Source of the DNA: Candidatus Bathyarchaeota archaeon
Lineage (GTDB): Archaea > Thermoproteota > Bathyarchaeia > Bathyarchaeales > Bathycorpusculaceae
Length of the DNA: 13,152 nucleotides
Assembly (NCBI GenBank): GCA_963768425.1
Contig: CAVYHV010000033.1
Span: 1-13,152, forward strand
Direction: 5' to 3'
The position numbers and the translations under genes were made by a program. The notes under the pieces were generated by a model, which worked only from the letters and a program-made list of their open reading frames with translations, did not search any database and was not told where the DNA came from. Positions within the stretch are counted from its first letter, which is position 1. Each line of letters begins with the position of its first letter. Positions 8,437 to 13,152 of the stretch are shown in pieces.

Positions 8437-10987
8437 ACTCCTTCTGGAGAGGATTCTTGCTTCTCTTAATTTTCAGCTCTGTAAGATTTTTATAGGTTTT
8501 GAAAAAAGATTGCTTGACGCTGGAAAATGTAGATGAGGCAATGGAAATTTGGTTTCTGCTAGATATTGCTTCTTCGTGTCCCATTAATCTGAAGAAGTGA
8601 ATTTTCAACTGATCAGTTATCAGGAAGGCAAGCAAAGCGTAGCCCCACACGAAGGCAGCGAAACCCCATCCAATCGGATTCATAAATACACCGTAGACAG
8701 CGAACAACGTTGCAACAACTTGAGTCCCCTCTGTGGCCACAAAAAGAATACTGGCTGGAAGAGGTCGTTTCCAGAAATGGTTCACTCCAGTTCGCGCCAA
8801 ATAAATCGTGAGGTGCCCAGCTACAGCCATTTTAAGGAAAATCAGCGACTGCAGCGTGCTAAAGCTTAAGTGGAAAACGTTCAAGCCAATTAAGAAGAGC
8901 AGGAAGCTTGAAACAACACCTGTCGCGCCAAGCAGAGAAGCCACAATCAATACACCGCGCATGTTCCAGCGAACGGGTTTCTCTTGCACCCTCACATTAT
9001 CGTAAGCAATGGTCATAATTGGAATGTCGTTCAACAAAGCCAGAATGACTAGCATAACTGCCGTCAGTGGATAGAAGTTGAAGGCAAGAATGGCAAGCGA
9101 CAAGAAAATTAATACACGAGTAGTCTCTGCGATGCGGTAGACAGCGTAATTGGTCATGCGCTCAAAAATCCTGCGGCTCTCTTTTATAGCGTCAATGATG
9201 ACGGAAAGCCCTGGCTTTGTTAGAACCACATCCGCCGCGGATTTAGCTGCGTCAGTTGCTCCTGCAACAGCAACTCCAGCGTCTGCTTTCTTTAATGCGG
9301 GTGCATCGTTAACTCCATCGCCGGTCATGCCGACAATGTGCCCTTTCTCTTGGAGCAGTTCAACAATGCGATATTTATGCTCAGGAAAAACTTGGGCAAA
9401 ACCATCTGCACTCTCAATAATGCCTTTCGCTTCACTGTCGGGCTTGTCAATGAAAGATGAAGCAGGTATAATGTTTGTGCCTAGATTAACTTCTTGAGCA
9501 ATCTGCTTAGCAATAGCGATATGGTCTCCAGTGACCATCTTGACGTTTATGCCCATCTTTTGGGCTGTTTTTATTGTTTCAGCAGAGTCCTCTCGCGGTG
9601 GATCGTAAATTGCAAGAAGCCCAACAAATTGCCAGTTACCCTCTTCGTCTCCCTTGATTATTCCTAAGGATCGATGTCCCTTGGCTGCAAAAGTGTTTAC
9701 AATCTCATTAACTCTATTTTCGATTTCGGTTTTGTTGGAGACAAGAGACAAAACAACCTGCGGCGCGCCCTTAGCAACTCTGAAACGATCATGATTATTG
9801 GTCTCCACATCAGCTTCCGTTCTTTTTAAAACAGGGTCAAAAGGCTTAAAATCAATTATACTGTATCGACCAAGAGCATCGGCAACTGCGCTGATCGACT
9901 TGGCTTTGCTGATGACAGCATCGTCTATAGGATCGTGATTTTCTTCCCTGGAAGCTAATGTTCCATACAAGAGAGCATCGTCGATTTCGAACTTGCCCAA
10001 AGCTTGTGCTTCCGCAATAGTTAGTTCATTCTTTGTTATGGTGCCTGTCTTGTCTGAACATAACACGTCAACTCCTGCCATTTCTTCGATTGAAACCAAC
10101 TTGCTCACTATAGCTTCTTTTTTGGCAAGCACGATTGCTCCAACAGCCATGGTGACTGTCAATACAGCGGGCAATGCTACTGGAATTGAAGCTACAACCA
10201 AAATTAGCGCAAACTGCAGAATAGCTAAGGGGTTGGCATGTCTAAATAGAGCTGCAATAACAACGGCAGAAACCATTATTGCCGCAAGGATAATCAGGTA
10301 GTTTCCTATTCTTATGACTGCTTTTTGGAAGTGGCTTACAGTTTTAGCTTCAGCGACCAGTTTGGCGGTTTTGCCAAAGAAACTGCTTACCCCTGTTGCC
10401 ACGACGTAAGCGTCCATCTCCCCTTGTCTAATAATTGCTCCTGCATAGGCTATGTCAGAAATGTGTTTCTCTACGGGCAGGGATTCTCCGGTTAATGCGG
10501 ATTCATCTGCGAGCAAATAGGTGCCCTTCATCAGTTTAACATCGGCAGGAACAATGTCGCCCAAGCGGACACGTACTACATCACCTGGTACAAGCTCCTT
10601 TGATGGAATCTCATGCCATGTACCATCTCTTAACACGCGGGCTTTAGGGGCAAGTCGTTTTTTCAATAATTCAATTGCATTGTCAGCTTTCCGTTCTTGC
10701 CAAAATCCCACAACTGCATTCACGATTAACAAAGTGAAAATAATTGCAAAATCGTCATAGTGCTGTATAATTATAGAAAGTATTGAAGCAATTTCTATCA
10801 TCCATGGAATAGGTCCCCAAAAGTAACCCAAAAATTTGCGAAAAGGACTAACTTTCTTTTCAGGAATCTCATTAGTGCCATACTTCTGTAGTTTTCGGGC
10901 TACTTCTTCGGTGGATAGCCCAGTCTTAACATAGATTGAAAATGGAGTTTCTTCTTCTGATGTTTTTTTGGATTCTTCGGATTCCAC
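8435..10987 (-). CDS. Plasma-membrane-type proton-efflux P-type ATPase (P3A subfamily)
   Basis: Intact 850 aa. FWGPIPWMIE, LTGES, IPVALPAV, CSDKTGT (phosphorylated Asp), PFDP, KGAPQ, DPPR, MVTGD, VFPEHK and TGDGVNDAPALK; P3A-specific YAVYRI (conserved Arg) and LALLND..IMTIAYD (proton-binding Asp). Confidence 0.97.
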   Translation of the reverse strand: MESEESKKTSEEETPFSIYVKTGLSTEEVARKLQKYGTNEIPEKKVSPFRKFLGYFWGPIPWMIEIASILSIIIQHYDDFAIIFTLLIVNAVVGFWQERKADNAIELLKKRLAPKARVLRDGTWHEIPSKELVPGDVVRVRLGDIVPADVKLMKGTYLLADESALTGESLPVEKHISDIAYAGAIIRQGEMDAYVVATGVSSFFGKTAKLVAEAKTVSHFQKAVIRIGNYLIILAAIMVSAVVIAALFRHANPLAILQFALILVVASIPVALPAVLTVTMAVGAIVLAKKEAIVSKLVSIEEMAGVDVLCSDKTGTITKNELTIAEAQALGKFEIDDALLYGTLASREENHDPIDDAVISKAKSISAVADALGRYSIIDFKPFDPVLKRTEADVETNNHDRFRVAKGAPQVVLSLVSNKTEIENRVNEIVNTFAAKGHRSLGIIKGDEEGNWQFVGLLAIYDPPREDSAETIKTAQKMGINVKMVTGDHIAIAKQIAQEVNLGTNIIPASSFIDKPDSEAKGIIESADGFAQVFPEHKYRIVELLQEKGHIVGMTGDGVNDAPALKKADAGVAVAGATDAAKSAADVVLTKPGLSVIIDAIKESRRIFERMTNYAVYRIAETTRVLIFLSLAILAFNFYPLTAVMLVILALLNDIPIMTIAYDNVRVQEKPVRWNMRGVLIVASLLGATGVVSSFLLFLIGLNVFHLSFSTLQSLIFLKMAVAGHLTIYLARTGVNHFWKRPLPASILFVATEGTQVVATLFAVYGVFMNPIGWGFAAFVWGYALLAFLITDQLKIHFFRLMGHEEAISSRNQISIASSTFSSVKQSFFKTYKNLTELKIKRSKNPLQKE

Positions 10988-11170
10988 GTATAAAGCCCTC
11001 TATTCGACTAAAATGTTTACTGCATCTCTGGTTTTTCCAGTAGACAACAAATAACTCTTAAAACAAATCCAAAGGCTCTAGCACCATTAAAACTTTTTCC
11101 GGAACTTAATTCAAACTACATCTGAAATGCCGTAAATCTTATGTTTTCTTGCTTTGAAAATTGCAGCAAG

Positions 11171-12713
11171 CTACTTTTCAGCAGTTTTGGTTTTTGTTTC
11201 TTTGTTTTTGGTTTTGCGTTTAGGGATTTTTGGGAAAGAATTGTATAGGGCAGAAGCTCTTGCTCGGATAATTTTTCTTGTTTCAACCGTGATAGGCGAC
11301 GTTTCGATCAGGTCGTCAAGTTTCTTTTTGTTTTCTTCTATTCTTTTTGTGAATTCCTCGTTGGATATTTTGCCTTCTGATTTTAGTTTTTTCACTTCTT
11401 GCATGTGTGAGGCCATTAGCTCGAATTGTTCGTCAATTTCTGTTATTGAGACAGTTTCGGTTTGCGGTATTTTTTTACTTACGTAGCGGAAAGCAAGGGC
11501 ACCTGGAGAACGATTGAGATGAAGGCTACTCCGAGCACCATTGTGTTTAACATGTTAATGTCTCCCTGAGAGATGACTGCAGAAGTTGTTATTGTTGCCA
11601 CTAAGGCAATGGACAAAGCCCTCGGACTCCGCCAAGCATAGCAATGTTACGCCAAACTGTGGATATTTTGTCGCCGAATTTATTGAATACTGTGAGAATT
11701 GGATAAACTGTGGCAGCTCTTGCTATGGTCACAGCAGCGTAAGCTGCAATAATGATCAAAACTGATTGCGAAAGTGTGATAAGGTTTGTTTCGAAACCGA
11801 TGATTGTGAACGCTATCGAGTTGCCTAAGAAGGCTGCTATCTGCCAGAAAGTGGTCACAGCTTCTTTTGATGCGGGTTCCATGGCGGATCGCATTGTAAA
11901 GTTACCAAAGTACAATCCTGCTACGGCAACCGCTATCAGTCCTGAGGCGCCTATTCCCGTTGCTAAAGCGTAGGACCCGTAAACTACCGCTATTGCTAGG
12001 ATGGTTTCTGCCACTTTGTCCTCTATTAGACTTGAGAGCAATTCGCCCAGGAAATGCGACTCCTATGCCGATTAAAACACCTGCGCCTAGATTAAACCCG
12101 AAACTGAAGATTGTTTGCGTTATCGCGACTTTTTGAAGACCGATAGTTGAAAGAATTACTGAGAAGATAACAATTCCAGTGGCATCATTGAACGCTGCTT
12201 CGGTGTCAAGTAACGTAGATAGCTTTAGAAGGAACCTTGACCCGTCGAAAAACCTCTAAAACCGTAACTGTGTCCGTTGGAGCAATTAGCGCAGCGAAAA
12301 GAAAAGAAACATATGGAGAAAGACCAACGACCTTCCATAAAATAAACCCTCCAACGGAAGTCGCTATCAAGACACCCACGGTCGCTAAGGCTAATGAAGG
12401 CTTGATTACAGCCTTTAGATCACTGGCGCGAAGGTGAATCATTGCTTCAAAAATCAATGGTGGAACCACTAAACCCACGAAAAGTCCGCCTCCACCGCCT
12501 TGAAGCAGATTGAGTATAGATTGATCTCAGTTGAGAAATCAGATTTTGGAAAGATCCACCTTGCAATGTAAGCGAAGATGCGATGACAGTGACTAATACT
12601 CCTGCTAAAACTAAAATCAGAGTGTACGGTATCTTGAGCTTGTTAGACAGAACCGCGGCTAAGAAAGCCATAAGCAGAAACGCCGCTACAATGAGCTCAA
12701 TACTAGGAGCCAA
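11171..12713 (-). CDS. nhaP: CPA1-family Na+(K+)/H+ antiporter (NhaP type) with a charged C-terminal tail, ~513 aa, split by five frameshifts
   Basis: KIPYTLILV, VVPPLIFEA, LALATVGV, ALIAPTD, DTEAAFNDA, GASGLIAV, FWQIAAF and GGVRG(A)LSIAL motifs. Extra bases at ~12509, 12224-12226 and 12052-12054; missing bases at 11619-11621 and 11488-11492. Correcting them gives one 1542-nt frame that absorbs ORF 11171-11416. Symbol is family-level only. Confidence 0.88.
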
Positions 12714-12969
12714 TCAATCGCCTTCTCTTTCGCTACAATTTCGTGGTAAGCGATTGTTTTGTAATTCTCCAAAGCAGTTAATCAATCTGTCCCGAACAAG
12801 CAGCCGCAAAAGAAGTGGGATTCTAACCAAAATTAATCGGATTCGAGCCTGAGAGGAACGGTGTAAAACTAATTTTGATTTAGGGAATTGCCAATTTTAT
12901 TGCAATATATCAGGGTCTTCATAGACTGTTTTTCACATATGAGAAGAAATTTTTAAAACTAAATTTGAG

Positions 12970-12984
12970 TTTTCACACAGCCTC
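12970..12984 (+). repeat. Orphan IS-end-like sequence TTTTCACACAGCCTC
   Basis: 14/15 identical to 2727-2741; a degenerate inverted partner (GAGGAACGGTGTAAAACT) may start at 12853. Confidence 0.5.
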
Positions 12985-13130
12985 GAAACGGTTTGAGTCT
13001 CTTCGGATTCATCCCACGGCAGGTCTGAATCCTACTTCATTACTGAAATTCAGCCTGAGTTTCTTAAGCAAGAAACAAGAAATCAAGCTCAATTGCACTC
13101 TTATCTTGCAAAATAACGTGAAATGGATGG

Positions 13131-13143
13131 TTTTGGCGCCCAG
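13131..13143 (+). repeat. 13-bp direct repeat TTTTGGCGCCCAG, right copy
   Basis: Exact match to 6086-6098. Confidence 0.7.
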
Positions 13144-13152
13144 TGGATTGAA

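Noticed and set aside
210-12852. Antisense or alternate-frame ORFs in the track (e.g. 210-416, 1839-2285, 3128-3319, 4165-4371, 5135-5452, 5379-5693, 7484-7822, 8597-8869, 9150-9497, 9993-10301, 11154-11486, 12583-12852)
   Set aside because: They overlap well-supported genes and show no family motifs; they are shadows. 5379-5693 is the wrong frame of the beta-propeller C-terminus.
13121-13152. - strand TTCAATCCACTGGGCGCCA resembling a tRNA 3' end (att site)
   Set aside because: Spacing from the putative T-loop to CCA is too short for a T-stem plus acceptor stem, and the window ends before a cloverleaf can be tested.
1-13152. CRISPR array, rRNA, tRNA, integrase or defence system
   Set aside because: No regularly spaced repeats, RNA gene signatures or matching protein motifs were seen.

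Overview
Archaeal DNA, most likely Bathyarchaeia (inferred from a hallmark ~900-aa secreted PQQ-like beta-propeller surface protein and GGAGGTGA/TATA-type signals). Left part (1-2741): a VOC/PhnB-like gene, then a DUF772+DDE insertion sequence (~581-2683) whose transposase is interrupted by a complete 996-bp IS5-family (ISH1-like) element with 17-bp inverted repeats and a perfect 8-bp target duplication. An extra copy of the outer IS end at 3-14 brackets the VOC gene and suggests passenger-gene capture. Middle (2920-5628): the beta-propeller gene, then ~900 bp of intergenic DNA with stem-loops and small ORFs. Right part (~6560-12713): three proton-moving transporters (ClC with two CBS domains, an intact P3A-type H+-ATPase and a CPA1/NhaP antiporter), lying between two exact 13-bp direct repeats (6086-6098, 13131-13143). 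Three genes carry ten single-base frameshifts in total with no nonsense substitutions, most simply explained as uncorrected long-read indel errors. All calls come from reading the sequence; no searches were run.
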